Assembly (NCBI GenBank): GCA_044226625.1
Contig: JBGAGQ010000012.1
Coordinates: forward strand, 32,001-96,000
Origin: Thermoanaerobaculia bacterium
GTDB lineage: Bacteria > Acidobacteriota > Thermoanaerobaculia > Multivoradales > UBA5704
Direction of reading: 5' to 3'
DNA length: 64,000 nt
Both the position numbers and the translations under genes were made by a program. Below are positions 19,377 through 28,426 of this stretch, in pieces. Position 1 is the stretch's first letter. Each line of letters begins with the position of its first letter. Below the pieces are notes generated by a model. It was given only the letters and a program-made list of their open reading frames with translations. It made no database searches and was not told the DNA's origin.

Positions 19377-20986
19377 CGCGAGGCCCTTGGGCGGGCTCCG
19401 GGCGGGGCGGCGGGAGGAGGAGTCGGCCGAGCGGGGGCCGCGTCCGTACCGTTGCTCGGCGCACCCGGTGCCACCGAGGTACCCGGCGGCGCCGACGGAT
19501 CGCCGGGCGTCGCGCTCCGCGCTTCGACCAGGTCTTTGTAATGCCCCACCGCGCGCACCAGCGCGTCGACCAGCTGCGCCCGGTAGCCGGCGTCCTGCAG
19601 CTTCTTCTCCTCGTCCGGGTTGCTGATGAAGCCGAGCTCGACCAGGACTGCCGGCATGGCGGCGCCCATCAGCACGCGGAACGGCGCCTGCTTGACGCCC
19701 CGATCCTTGAGCTCCAACGCCTGGTTGAGCTCCCCCTGGATCATGTTCGCGATGCGCTGGCTCTGCTCCAGGTAGCGGCTCTGGGCGAGGTCCCAGAGCA
19801 TCAGCTGGAGGTCGTTCTGCACCGAGAGGTCGGTGTTGCCGGCCCCTGCGTCGGCGTTTTCCGCGTTCGCCGAGCTCTCGGCGCGCGGATCGGTCGCCCG
19901 GTTCGCGAGGAAGTAGGTCTCGGCGCCGTGGGCGCCCGAGCCGAGGGAGGAGTTCAGGTGGATCGAAAGGAACAGATCCGCCTTGTTCTGGTTGGCGATC
20001 GCCGTCCGGGCGTCGAGCGAGAGGATGACGTCGCTCGTCCGGGTGAGCTCGGTGCGGACGCCGAGCCGCTCGGCGAGCTGGCCGGCGAGCGCGCGGGCCA
20101 GCAGCAGGGTGAGCTCCTTTTCTTGGACGCCGCTCGGTCCGATCGCGCCGGTCTCGACGCCGCCGTGACCCGGATCGATCACGATGGTGCGGATCCCCGG
20201 CCGGTCGATCGCCGCCGACGGAGAGCCGACCGGCGTGGAGACCTCGCCCCCGCGATGGACGTCGAACACGATCCGGAACGGATTGTCGAGCGTGTAGCTC
20301 TCGGCCGACGCCCCGCGCAGCAGGCGGATCACCAGGCGGTCGGGGCTCGAGTCGACCCCTTCGACCAGCGGATCGTCGAGCGCGGACGGGAGCGAGGGGG
20401 CGATCCGGTCGCCCAGCATGCGCACCTCGATGCGGCCGGGCTGCTGCTGTTCGATCTTGTAACGCGGCGGCGACGGGAACTGGAGCACCACGGTCGTCGT
20501 CCCCTGCAGGTGGACGACGTCCACCGCGACGGGCACCAGGCGCGCCTGGCGTTTGGCGATCGCCAGCCGAGTGGCGTCCGCCTGCCATTCGAACGACCAG
20601 CCGGAAAGATCGCCGAACGTCTTCCGCAGCAGGTCGAGCGGGACCATGATGGCACCCCCGCCCGGGGTCACCGGCTGCGAGAGCGAGAAGATGTCGGAGC
20701 CCACGGTGACGACCGGGCTCCCGACGGCGAGCACCGTCTGGGTCTCGCCGATCGTGAGGAGGTAGCTTCCTCCCTCTCCCGGGCCGAGCTTGCCGCCGAG
20801 CGCGTCGGCGACCGGTCCCAGGGCAACGAGCGGTCCCGCGGGACCGACGACCACCTGGGCCGGGATCTCGCGCCCTTCCACCGTGACCGCCGCGGCGTGC
20901 GGTGGTGCTTCGGCTTGGGCGCCCAGGAGGGCGGGAAGGAGGAGTGCGAGCAGACGAAGGGAAAGACGCGAGCGACGAAAGTCCAC
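19373..20986 (-). CDS. N-acetylmuramoyl-L-alanine amidase (Amidase_3) with N-terminal copper-amine-oxidase-like/AMIN domains
   Basis: IVIDPGHGG, EKELTL, FLSIHLN and PAVLVELGFISN. Start is approximate. Confidence 0.92.
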   Translation of the reverse strand: MDFRRSRLSLRLLALLLPALLGAQAEAPPHAAAVTVEGREIPAQVVVGPAGPLVALGPVADALGGKLGPGEGGSYLLTIGETQTVLAVGSPVVTVGSDIFSLSQPVTPGGGAIMVPLDLLRKTFGDLSGWSFEWQADATRLAIAKRQARLVPVAVDVVHLQGTTTVVLQFPSPPRYKIEQQQPGRIEVRMLGDRIAPSLPSALDDPLVEGVDSSPDRLVIRLLRGASAESYTLDNPFRIVFDVHRGGEVSTPVGSPSAAIDRPGIRTIVIDPGHGGVETGAIGPSGVQEKELTLLLARALAGQLAERLGVRTELTRTSDVILSLDARTAIANQNKADLFLSIHLNSSLGSGAHGAETYFLANRATDPRAESSANAENADAGAGNTDLSVQNDLQLMLWDLAQSRYLEQSQRIANMIQGELNQALELKDRGVKQAPFRVLMGAAMPAVLVELGFISNPDEEKKLQDAGYRAQLVDALVRAVGHYKDLVEARSATPGDPSAPPGTSVAPGAPSNGTDAAPARPTPPPAAPPGARPRASR

Positions 20987-21123
20987 GAAGCGGGAGGATA
21001 CCACCGGCCCTCGACCTGGAATCGGCGGCCTGGACGTGGTAGATCTTCCGCCTGTTCTTCTGTCTGTTGTTGGGGTTTCACTCTCCAGCTCCGGCGAACG
21101 TCGTTTCAAGGGGGATCGAAGGT

Positions 21124-21516
21124 ATGGACATCCGGCAGTTCCGAGTGGTGGTCCGGGCAAAGAGCTTCGAGCGCACGAGCCGCTTCTACGGCGAAACGCT
21201 GGCGCTCCCCCGGCTCCAGACGTGGGAGCGGGAGGACGGCCGCGGCGCCGTCTTCCAGGCGGGCTCGGGGGCGATCGAGGTGCTCGGCGCGCCGTCGGGC
21301 ATGCGGTTTCAGGACGAGCAGTACTCCTACCAAGGTCCGGAGCACAAGCTGACCCTCACCCTCGTCGTCCCGTCGGCCGAGAAGACCTTCGAGGAGATCA
21401 GCTTCCGCGACCGCAACATCCCCGGCGGTCTGCGGCGCACGGGCGACGGCTCGCTGATCTTCGAGACCCACGACCCCGACGGCGTGAAGATCGTCTTCCG
21501 ACAGGCCGACCTCTAG
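21124..21516 (+). CDS. VOC/glyoxalase family protein
   Basis: FERTSRFYGETLAL and C-terminal DPDGVKI. Confidence 0.85.
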   Translation: MDIRQFRVVVRAKSFERTSRFYGETLALPRLQTWEREDGRGAVFQAGSGAIEVLGAPSGMRFQDEQYSYQGPEHKLTLTLVVPSAEKTFEEISFRDRNIPGGLRRTGDGSLIFETHDPDGVKIVFRQADL

Positions 21517-21554
21517 GAATCTCCGAGGGAGCCCCGCGGTTTTCCGGGGCCGCC

Positions 21555-24371
21555 ATGCGCCTCGTCCACGCTTTCCTGATCTGTGCCTCCGTCGCGGCCG
21601 CTCCGCTGTGCGCCGCGGCGCCGCCCGTCGCCGGATCGAGCGCTGGAACCGGCGGTAAGGCCCCCGGCGAATCGGCCGGGGGGTCCGCCAGCGGAGGGCT
21701 CGACTGGTCGGTCGACGACCTCGTCCGCGCCGAGAGCGCCGACGAATGGGCGCTCGCTTCCGACGGGAGCGCCATCGCCTGGATCCAGTCGGGGGTGGAA
21801 GGGGAGGGCGCATCCGAGCGCCAGGCGACGCGGATCTGGCTGCTCCGGACGGGGAGCGGCAGCCGCGACGCGGCCGCGGCGATCCCGTTGACGCGCGGCC
21901 GCGAGGAGGTCGCGCACCCGCGCTTCTCCCCCGACTCGCGGCGGCTCGCCTTCCTTTCGGATCGCCCGATGGCCGAGGGAGGCGAGACCGAAGCCGAAGG
22001 GACGGCCCAGGTGTGGATCCTGCCGCTGTCCGGCGGCGAGGCCTATCCCGCGACGGCCTTCGACCGCGACGTCCAGGACTTCGCCTGGATCGACGACCGG
22101 ACACTCGCGGTGCTCGCCGCGGAATCCCCTTCGGAGCGCGAGCGGAGGCGCGACGAGAGCAGCGATACCGCGATCGTCGTCGACGACGCGGAGAGCCGGC
22201 CGGCCGTGCGCCTGTTCCGCGTCGAGGTGGACCCCTCGGAGGCCGCCGATCCGCAACCGGGCACGGTGCGCCGCCTGACCACCAACTCCGACTGGCTCGG
22301 CGAGATCGCTGTCTCACCGGACGGCAAGCGGGCCGTGGCGACGGCGGCCCGCAGCCTGTCGTACGACTTCGACCAACGGGTCCGCCCGCGCACGCTCCTG
22401 ATCGACCTCGCGACCGGCGCCGAAACGGACCTCTTCGCCGACGGCCCCTCGGTCGTTCCGGTCGGCTTCCGCTGGGCGCCCGACAGCTCGGGCTTCTATT
22501 TCACCGAGGAGCGGACGACCCACCCGACCTATCGGATCGCCACCGTCACCGACCTCTGGTACTACGACCTCGCGAGCCGCGGCGCGCAGCGCATCGACCT
22601 CGGCTGGCCGCGCGGCCTGGCCGCCCCGGTCGAGCCGCTCGCGGACGGCTTCCTCGCCCTGCTCGCCGACGGCGTCCGCTACCGTCCGGCCCGCTACGTT
22701 CGCTCCCGGAGCGGCGCGAAACGCCAGGACCTCGCCGGCACCCACGTAAAGAACCTCGATGGCTGGGCGCTCTCGGCCGACGGCCGGACGCTCGTCTACG
22801 TCCACTCGTCGGCGACCCGCCCGCCCCAGGGGTACGTCGCCCGGCTCGACGGAGCGAGGCTCGTCGCCGAGCGGCGGATCACCACGCTCAACGCCGATTG
22901 GGAGGATAAGCCCACCGGGCGTAGCGAGATCGTGCAGTGGAAAGGGGCCAAGGGCGAGACGGTCGAGGGCGTCCTCCGCTATCCGCTCGATTGGAAGAAA
23001 GGCGAGAAGCGGCCTCTCGTCCTCTCGATCCACGGTGGGCCGAACGAGACCGATCGCGACACCTGGGCGGAGGACTGGAGCGCGCCGGAGATCCTCCTGC
23101 GCGCCCGGGGCGCGTTCGTCCTAGCCGCCAATTACCACGGCAGCTCCGGCTACGGCCTGGAATGGGTCGAATCGATCGCCGGCCGCTACTACGAGCTCGA
23201 GGTGCCCGACCTCGAGAAGGGCGTCGACTCGCTGATCGCCCGCGGTCTCGTCGACCCCGAGCGCCTGGGGAGCATGGGCTGGTCGAACGGCGGCATCCTC
23301 ACCGCGGAGCTGATCACCCGCACGCGGCGCTACAAAGCCGCGTCGATCGGCGCCGCCGACGTCGAATGGATCAGCGATTGGGGCAACGTCGATTTCGGCG
23401 CGGCGTTCGACAACTACTACTTCGGCGGCCCGCCCTGGGAAAAGCTCGAGCACTACGTCCAGAAGTCGCCGTTCTTCCGCTTGAAGGACGTCACGACGCC
23501 GACCCTCGTCTACGCCGGCACGGCCGATCGCTCGGTCCCGCCGAACCAGGCGTGGTCCCTGTTTCGCGCCCTCCAGCAGATCGGCAAGGCGCCCACCCGG
23601 TTGGTGCTCTTCCCCGGCGAGCCGCACGCCCTGCTCGAGCCGGCGCACCAGCGGCGGAAGATGGAAGAGGACCTCGACTGGTTCGACCGGTACCTGTTCG
23701 ACCGGCCGGCGTCCTCCCGTCCGGCCGTGCCCGAGGGCTCCGCCCTCGCCAGCCTGATCGCGAAGAAGAGCGCGGCGCGTCAGGGAGCCGCCTGGGGCCT
23801 CCTCTTCGACGGCGCGCTGATCCCCGAGACGGTCGCTCACGAAGGCCAGGAGGTCGGACGCTTCGAGGTGACGCGTGCGCAGTTCGCGGCGTTCGACCCA
23901 ACCGTTCCCGCGCTCCCGGGCGAAGAGAACCTACCCGCGATTGTGCCGTTCGAACGGGCGAAGAGCTACGCCGCCTGGCTCGCGAAGAAGGCGGGCCAAC
24001 CCTTCCGCCTCCCCACCGAAGACGAGGCGCAGTCCTTGGCCGACGAGGCCGGCTCCGGCGGCAACACCCTCGACGCCTGGGTCGGCTACACCCCGAATCC
24101 GGAAGACGCCGCGGCGATCCGCGCGGCCCTCGCCCAAGCCTTCGGAACCGGAGCGACCGCCCCTCTGCTCGAGCCCGCGGGAAGCCACCCCGGCCTGGGC
24201 GAGGGAAATGCCGCGATCTTCGACCTGGACGGCAACGCCGCCGAATGGGCGGTTGCCGAAAACGGCAAAGCCGTCGCCATCGGCTCAAGCGCCGAGCGCC
24301 CGAACGACCCACGAAGCTCCGAGGGGGCGAGCCTGGCGTATACGGGATTTCGGGTGGTGGTGGGGCGCTAG
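21555..24371 (+). CDS. S9 family peptidase (beta-propeller + alpha/beta hydrolase) fused to C-terminal FGE-like domain
   Basis: Signal peptide, HGGP, GWSNGG (Ser), GTAD (Asp) and GEPH (His). Tail carries FEVTRAQF, FRLPTE, GNAAEW and TGFRVV. Confidence 0.9.
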   Translation: MRLVHAFLICASVAAAPLCAAAPPVAGSSAGTGGKAPGESAGGSASGGLDWSVDDLVRAESADEWALASDGSAIAWIQSGVEGEGASERQATRIWLLRTGSGSRDAAAAIPLTRGREEVAHPRFSPDSRRLAFLSDRPMAEGGETEAEGTAQVWILPLSGGEAYPATAFDRDVQDFAWIDDRTLAVLAAESPSERERRRDESSDTAIVVDDAESRPAVRLFRVEVDPSEAADPQPGTVRRLTTNSDWLGEIAVSPDGKRAVATAARSLSYDFDQRVRPRTLLIDLATGAETDLFADGPSVVPVGFRWAPDSSGFYFTEERTTHPTYRIATVTDLWYYDLASRGAQRIDLGWPRGLAAPVEPLADGFLALLADGVRYRPARYVRSRSGAKRQDLAGTHVKNLDGWALSADGRTLVYVHSSATRPPQGYVARLDGARLVAERRITTLNADWEDKPTGRSEIVQWKGAKGETVEGVLRYPLDWKKGEKRPLVLSIHGGPNETDRDTWAEDWSAPEILLRARGAFVLAANYHGSSGYGLEWVESIAGRYYELEVPDLEKGVDSLIARGLVDPERLGSMGWSNGGILTAELITRTRRYKAASIGAADVEWISDWGNVDFGAAFDNYYFGGPPWEKLEHYVQKSPFFRLKDVTTPTLVYAGTADRSVPPNQAWSLFRALQQIGKAPTRLVLFPGEPHALLEPAHQRRKMEEDLDWFDRYLFDRPASSRPAVPEGSALASLIAKKSAARQGAAWGLLFDGALIPETVAHEGQEVGRFEVTRAQFAAFDPTVPALPGEENLPAIVPFERAKSYAAWLAKKAGQPFRLPTEDEAQSLADEAGSGGNTLDAWVGYTPNPEDAAAIRAALAQAFGTGATAPLLEPAGSHPGLGEGNAAIFDLDGNAAEWAVAENGKAVAIGSSAERPNDPRSSEGASLAYTGFRVVVGR

Positions 24372-24390
24372 GCTGTTGGAGGCTCGAAGC

Positions 24391-24447
24391 ATGACCAAAC
24401 TGCTCGAACGAGCCGTCGCTCAGGCTGCCGCTCTTCCGGAGGCCGAG
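24391..24447 (+). pseudogene. Truncated small antitoxin-like gene (MTKLLERAVAQAAALPEAE...) interrupted by a repeat element
   Basis: GGAGG RBS followed by an MTKLLE...LPE.E N-terminus typical of small addiction-module proteins. The sequence switches to the repeat at about 24447. Confidence 0.5.
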
Positions 24448-24651
24448 GTGCCGCCCCCCACCTCGGTCCTCCCCCGCAAGCGGGGGAGGAGGCCCGCCCG
24501 TCCCTGTTCACGTCTCTGTATCTCCGTCTCGCCCTCGCTCCAGTCCTCACATCCTCTCAGGAAGGCGTCCCTCCCCCCGCTTGCGGGGGGAGGACAGGAG
24601 GGGGGCCTCAGCCAACCACGTCGGCCGGCCCGTTGACGCAGGGGCGGAGCT
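24447..24651 (+). mobile_element. ~205-bp composite REP/MITE-like element (left copy)
   Basis: Two CCTCCCCCGC-AA/TT-GCGGGGGAGG palindromes plus a gtcggccggcccgttgacg tail. Near-identical inverted copy at 25713-25917. Confidence 0.8.
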
Positions 24652-24770
24652 TGTCTCCGCCCGCGATCATCGCCACTTCTGGGCGGAGGCTAGATTCGCC
24701 TCTACACCCCCTCGATTCGGGACACGTGCCTCCCTTCGCGAGGCGGCTTCTCTCTAACTAAGCGCGAGCC

Positions 24771-25658
24771 TCACCGTAACACCAACAAATCCACCGCCGT
24801 CGCCGCAAACAGCCCGACCGATAAAAACCCGTTCGTGGTGAAGAACGCCGCGTTCAGGCGCGAGAAGTCGTTCGGCCGGACGATCCAGTGCTGGTAGGCG
24901 AGGAGCAGGAGGCAGCCGGCCCAGCCGACCCAGTAGCCAGCTCCCAGACCGGGCGGGTAGAGGCTCGGAAGGAGCGCGAGCAGCGCGACGACGACGACGT
25001 GGAGGAGCCCGGAGATCCAGAGCGCGGGTACGACTCCGAAGCGGGCGGGAATCGAGAAGAGGCCATTCGCTCGATCGAACTCGAGATCTTGGAGGGCGTA
25101 GAGCACGTCGAAGCCGGCGGTCCAGAGGAGCACGGCGAGCGCGAGGACGAGCGGAGCGGGCTGGATGTCTCCGCGGACGGCGATCCAGGCTCCGAGCGGG
25201 GCACCGGAGAGCGCGAGGCCAAGGATCAGATGGCAGAGGAAGGTGAAGCGCTTGGTGTACGAGTAGAGGAAGAGCACGCCGAGCGCCACGGGGGAGAGCG
25301 CGAGGGCGAGGGGGTTCAAGCGCCAGGCGGCGAGCACCAGCAGGGCGACGCTCGCGGCGATGAACAGCGAGACGAAGAGCGGCGTCACCAGCCCGGCCGG
25401 CAGGGCGCGCATCGAGGTCCGCGGGTTGTCGGCGTCGATCTTCCGGTCGATCAGACGGTTCCACCCCATCGCGGCGCTCCGCGCGCCGACCATCGCCACG
25501 GCGATCCAGCCGACCGTCCGCCACGACGGCCACCCCTCGGCCGCGAGCATCATTCCCATCAGGGCAAACGGTAGGGCGAAGAGCGTGTGCTCGATCTTGA
25601 TCATCTCGAGCACGATGCGGAGCTGGCGGAGGGGGGAGGTCGGGCGATTCGTCGGCAT
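24771..25658 (-). CDS. UbiA-family polyprenyltransferase (MqnP/4-hydroxybenzoate polyprenyltransferase-like)
   Basis: KIEHTLFALPF, NRLIDRKIDADNPRT, YSYTKR and GFDVLYALQD. Confidence 0.92.
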   Translation of the reverse strand: MPTNRPTSPLRQLRIVLEMIKIEHTLFALPFALMGMMLAAEGWPSWRTVGWIAVAMVGARSAAMGWNRLIDRKIDADNPRTSMRALPAGLVTPLFVSLFIAASVALLVLAAWRLNPLALALSPVALGVLFLYSYTKRFTFLCHLILGLALSGAPLGAWIAVRGDIQPAPLVLALAVLLWTAGFDVLYALQDLEFDRANGLFSIPARFGVVPALWISGLLHVVVVALLALLPSLYPPGLGAGYWVGWAGCLLLLAYQHWIVRPNDFSRLNAAFFTTNGFLSVGLFAATAVDLLVLR

Positions 25659-25712
25659 TCGGGGCGGATCTTATCGAGGCGTCGGGGAAGGGCGAAAAAT
25701 TCGGAACGCAGA

Positions 25713-25917
25713 GGCTCCGCCCCTACGTCAACGGGCCGGCCGACGTGGCTGGCTGAAGGCCCCCCTCCTGTCCTCCCCCCGCAAGCGGGGGGAGAGACGC
25801 TTCGCTGAGAGGGGGTGAGGACTGGAGTGAGGGTGAGGCGGAGACGCAAGGGCGTGAAGGGGACGGGCGGGCCTCCTCCCCCGCTTGCGGGGGAGGACCG
25901 AGGTGGGGGTCGGCACG
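25713..25917 (-). mobile_element. ~205-bp composite REP/MITE-like element (right, inverted copy)
   Basis: Reverse complement aligns along the whole length of 24447-24651 with scattered substitutions. Confidence 0.8.
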
Positions 25918-26125
25918 GTTCGCCGAAAGAGTCCCCTCCTAAAAATCGGGCGCGAGGCACCCATGGAGTTCCGACCTCGATGCCGACTTCCAGAACACTC
26001 TAAACATGGCCACCGTCTCATCCTGCGGACCCGGTGCCCCGACGGTGCGGACCTATTCAGGAAACGAACCGCCCATCCCAAACCTCTGGGCAAGCTCAGG
26101 ACCGCCTCGCTACACTCTCCGCATC

Positions 26126-28201
26126 ATGGCTCCGCTCACCCGCCGCGCCTTCCTTGCCGCCGCCGCCTCGATGGGGGCCACTCTGGCCTGGGCCGGTCCT
26201 CGGTCTCTCCGCTCGCGCTCGATTTGGGTCGAGGACCGCGGGCGGTTCGCCGAAGGGGTCGCCTCCGGAGACCCCGCGCCCGATAGCGTCCTCCTCTGGA
26301 CCCGCTACTCGGCCGGGGGGACGGAGACCAGCGTACCGCTCACCGTCGAAGTCGCCGAGGACGCAGCCTTCGCGCACGTCGTCGCGCGGGCCGAGACGCG
26401 CGCGCTGCTCGCCGCGGACCATACCTGCCGGGTCCTCGTCGGCGGACTGCGGCCGTATCGGGTCTATTGGTACCGGTTTCTGGACGCCAAGGGCCACGGA
26501 AGCCGAATCGGGCGCACCCGGACCGCGCCGGCGGACGACGACGCCAAGCCGATGCGGTTCGTGTTCGTCAGCTGCCAGAACGTCTGCGAGGGAGCCCAGA
26601 ACGCTTACCGGCGGATGATCTTCGAAGACGAGCGCGCGGCGCCGGACGACCAGCTCGCCTTCATCCTCCATCTCGGCGATTTCGTCTACGAGGTCGTGCA
26701 ATATCCGGAGGACGTCCCGGGCGGCCACCGTTACGACCGCCGGGTGCGCGACGTCGTTCGCTATCCCACGGGCGAGAAGGTCGCGGGCTTCCGGGTGCCG
26801 GTCGACCTCGCCGACTATCGGGCGCTCTACCGCGCCTACCTCCAAGATCCGGACATCCAGGACGCGAGAGCGCGCTGGCCGTTCGTTCCCATGTGGGACA
26901 ACCACGAGTTCTCGTGGCTCGGCTGGCAGTCGTTCCAGCTCTTCGAGGGCAAGGTCCGCCCGGCCCAGACCCGAAAGGTCGCGGCCAACCAGGCGTGGTT
27001 CGAGTACCAGCCGGCGCGCGTCGCCCAGGCGGCCGGCGCGTCGCTCGAACGCTTCGAGGCGCCCGCGGTCAAGGACGTGCCGATCGAGACGCTCGACGAG
27101 CAGGGCCTCGGCCAGGAGCCGAACAACCTCGCGGCGATCGGCAGCCTCACCGGGTACCGGACGCAGCGCTGGGGCCGTTATCTCGACCTGTTGATCACCG
27201 ACCAGCACTCCTACCGCTCGGAGGTGCCCGACAGCCGGGAGGAGACGAACCCCCTGCAGAACGACGATTTCCCGAACCTCGTTCCCCAGGAGGTGATGGA
27301 GATCCTCGACGCCGGCAGGGCCTACGCGAACGGCCACCCGCCGGACACGATCCGCTTCGGCGAGGCCGAGATCCCGAACTTCCGCAAGACGGGCGCGCCG
27401 CAGACGGTGCTCGGGGCGCGGCAGAAGGAGTGGTTCCTCGACCGCCTGTGCACCTCGCGCGCGACCTGGAAGGTGTGGGGCAATTCGCTCGGGTCGCTCG
27501 AGTGGCGCGCGGACCCGCAAAACCTCCCCGAGGGGATGGTCAAACGTTGGCCGGGCGCCGGGTTCGCGAGCTTCGGCGGCGGCGGCGATTGGGGCTCGGC
27601 CTATACCGAGCGCGGCCAGATCTACGACGCTGTGCGCGAGGCGGGCCTCACCGGATTCCTCACCGTCTCGGGCGACCGGCACAGCTTCTGGGCGGGCCTG
27701 TCGGCGAAGGCGCTACCTCCCGCATCCTTCGAGCCGGTCGGCGCCGCGTTCATCACCGGATCGATCTCGGCGGCCGGTCTGGCCGAGTCCTTCGAGCATC
27801 GCTTCCCGCAGGACCACCCGCTGCACGCCCTCTACATGGCCGAGGTTGGCGGCAAGAAACAGCCGATGGTGAACCTCCTGATGCACCACGGGGTGAAGAC
27901 CTGCCTCGAGTACCAGAAGACCGGCGATCTCGAGAAGGCCCGCCGCGTCTCGAACCCGGACGTCGCGCCGCACCTCTCCTTCCTCGACATGAGCGGTCAC
28001 GGCTACGCCGTCCTGCGCCTCACGGCCGACGCGGCCGAATGCGAGTTCGTCTGCATCCCCCGGCCGCTCGAGCGCAGCGAAGGCGCCGACGGCGGACCGC
28101 TCCGCTATCGCGTCGTCCACCGCGTACCGATGTGGGCAAAAGGCGAGCGGCCGCGGCTGGAACAGCGGGTCATCGAAGGGGATCCGGGGCTCGCGCTGTA
28201 A
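26126..28201 (+). CDS. phoD: Alkaline phosphatase D family protein, Tat-exported
   Basis: TRRAFL Tat motif, GVASGDP, HLGDFVYE, WDNHE and SGDRHS. Confidence 0.9.
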   Translation: MAPLTRRAFLAAAASMGATLAWAGPRSLRSRSIWVEDRGRFAEGVASGDPAPDSVLLWTRYSAGGTETSVPLTVEVAEDAAFAHVVARAETRALLAADHTCRVLVGGLRPYRVYWYRFLDAKGHGSRIGRTRTAPADDDAKPMRFVFVSCQNVCEGAQNAYRRMIFEDERAAPDDQLAFILHLGDFVYEVVQYPEDVPGGHRYDRRVRDVVRYPTGEKVAGFRVPVDLADYRALYRAYLQDPDIQDARARWPFVPMWDNHEFSWLGWQSFQLFEGKVRPAQTRKVAANQAWFEYQPARVAQAAGASLERFEAPAVKDVPIETLDEQGLGQEPNNLAAIGSLTGYRTQRWGRYLDLLITDQHSYRSEVPDSREETNPLQNDDFPNLVPQEVMEILDAGRAYANGHPPDTIRFGEAEIPNFRKTGAPQTVLGARQKEWFLDRLCTSRATWKVWGNSLGSLEWRADPQNLPEGMVKRWPGAGFASFGGGGDWGSAYTERGQIYDAVREAGLTGFLTVSGDRHSFWAGLSAKALPPASFEPVGAAFITGSISAAGLAESFEHRFPQDHPLHALYMAEVGGKKQPMVNLLMHHGVKTCLEYQKTGDLEKARRVSNPDVAPHLSFLDMSGHGYAVLRLTADAAECEFVCIPRPLERSEGADGGPLRYRVVHRVPMWAKGERPRLEQRVIEGDPGLAL

Positions 28202-28426
28202 GGCCGCCCGGCTATTGATGCGCCGACCTCGCCCCCGCCGACGGTGGAGTGGGTTCAAGAGCGCTTCGAGGGGAGCGGGTCGGATGATCGAGCGATACTC
28301 GCGCCTCCATGACCATCGGAGCTCGCCGTTCCTAAGGCCTCGCCTCGCGCAGGAAATCACCACCCCGGCGGGCGCGCGGAAATGGCGGGCGTTGCGGTAG
28401 GCGGTTCGGGACTCACGGGGGGAGAG

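Noticed and set aside
17314-19464. 716-aa ORF suggesting an FGE fusion
   Set aside because: Only the last ~228 codons are FGE-like. The upstream part is an alternate frame over murI and the GerMN gene.
20790-21554. N-terminal extension of the 1193-aa S9 ORF
   Set aside because: It overlaps the amidase and VOC genes. The signal peptide begins at ATG 21555.
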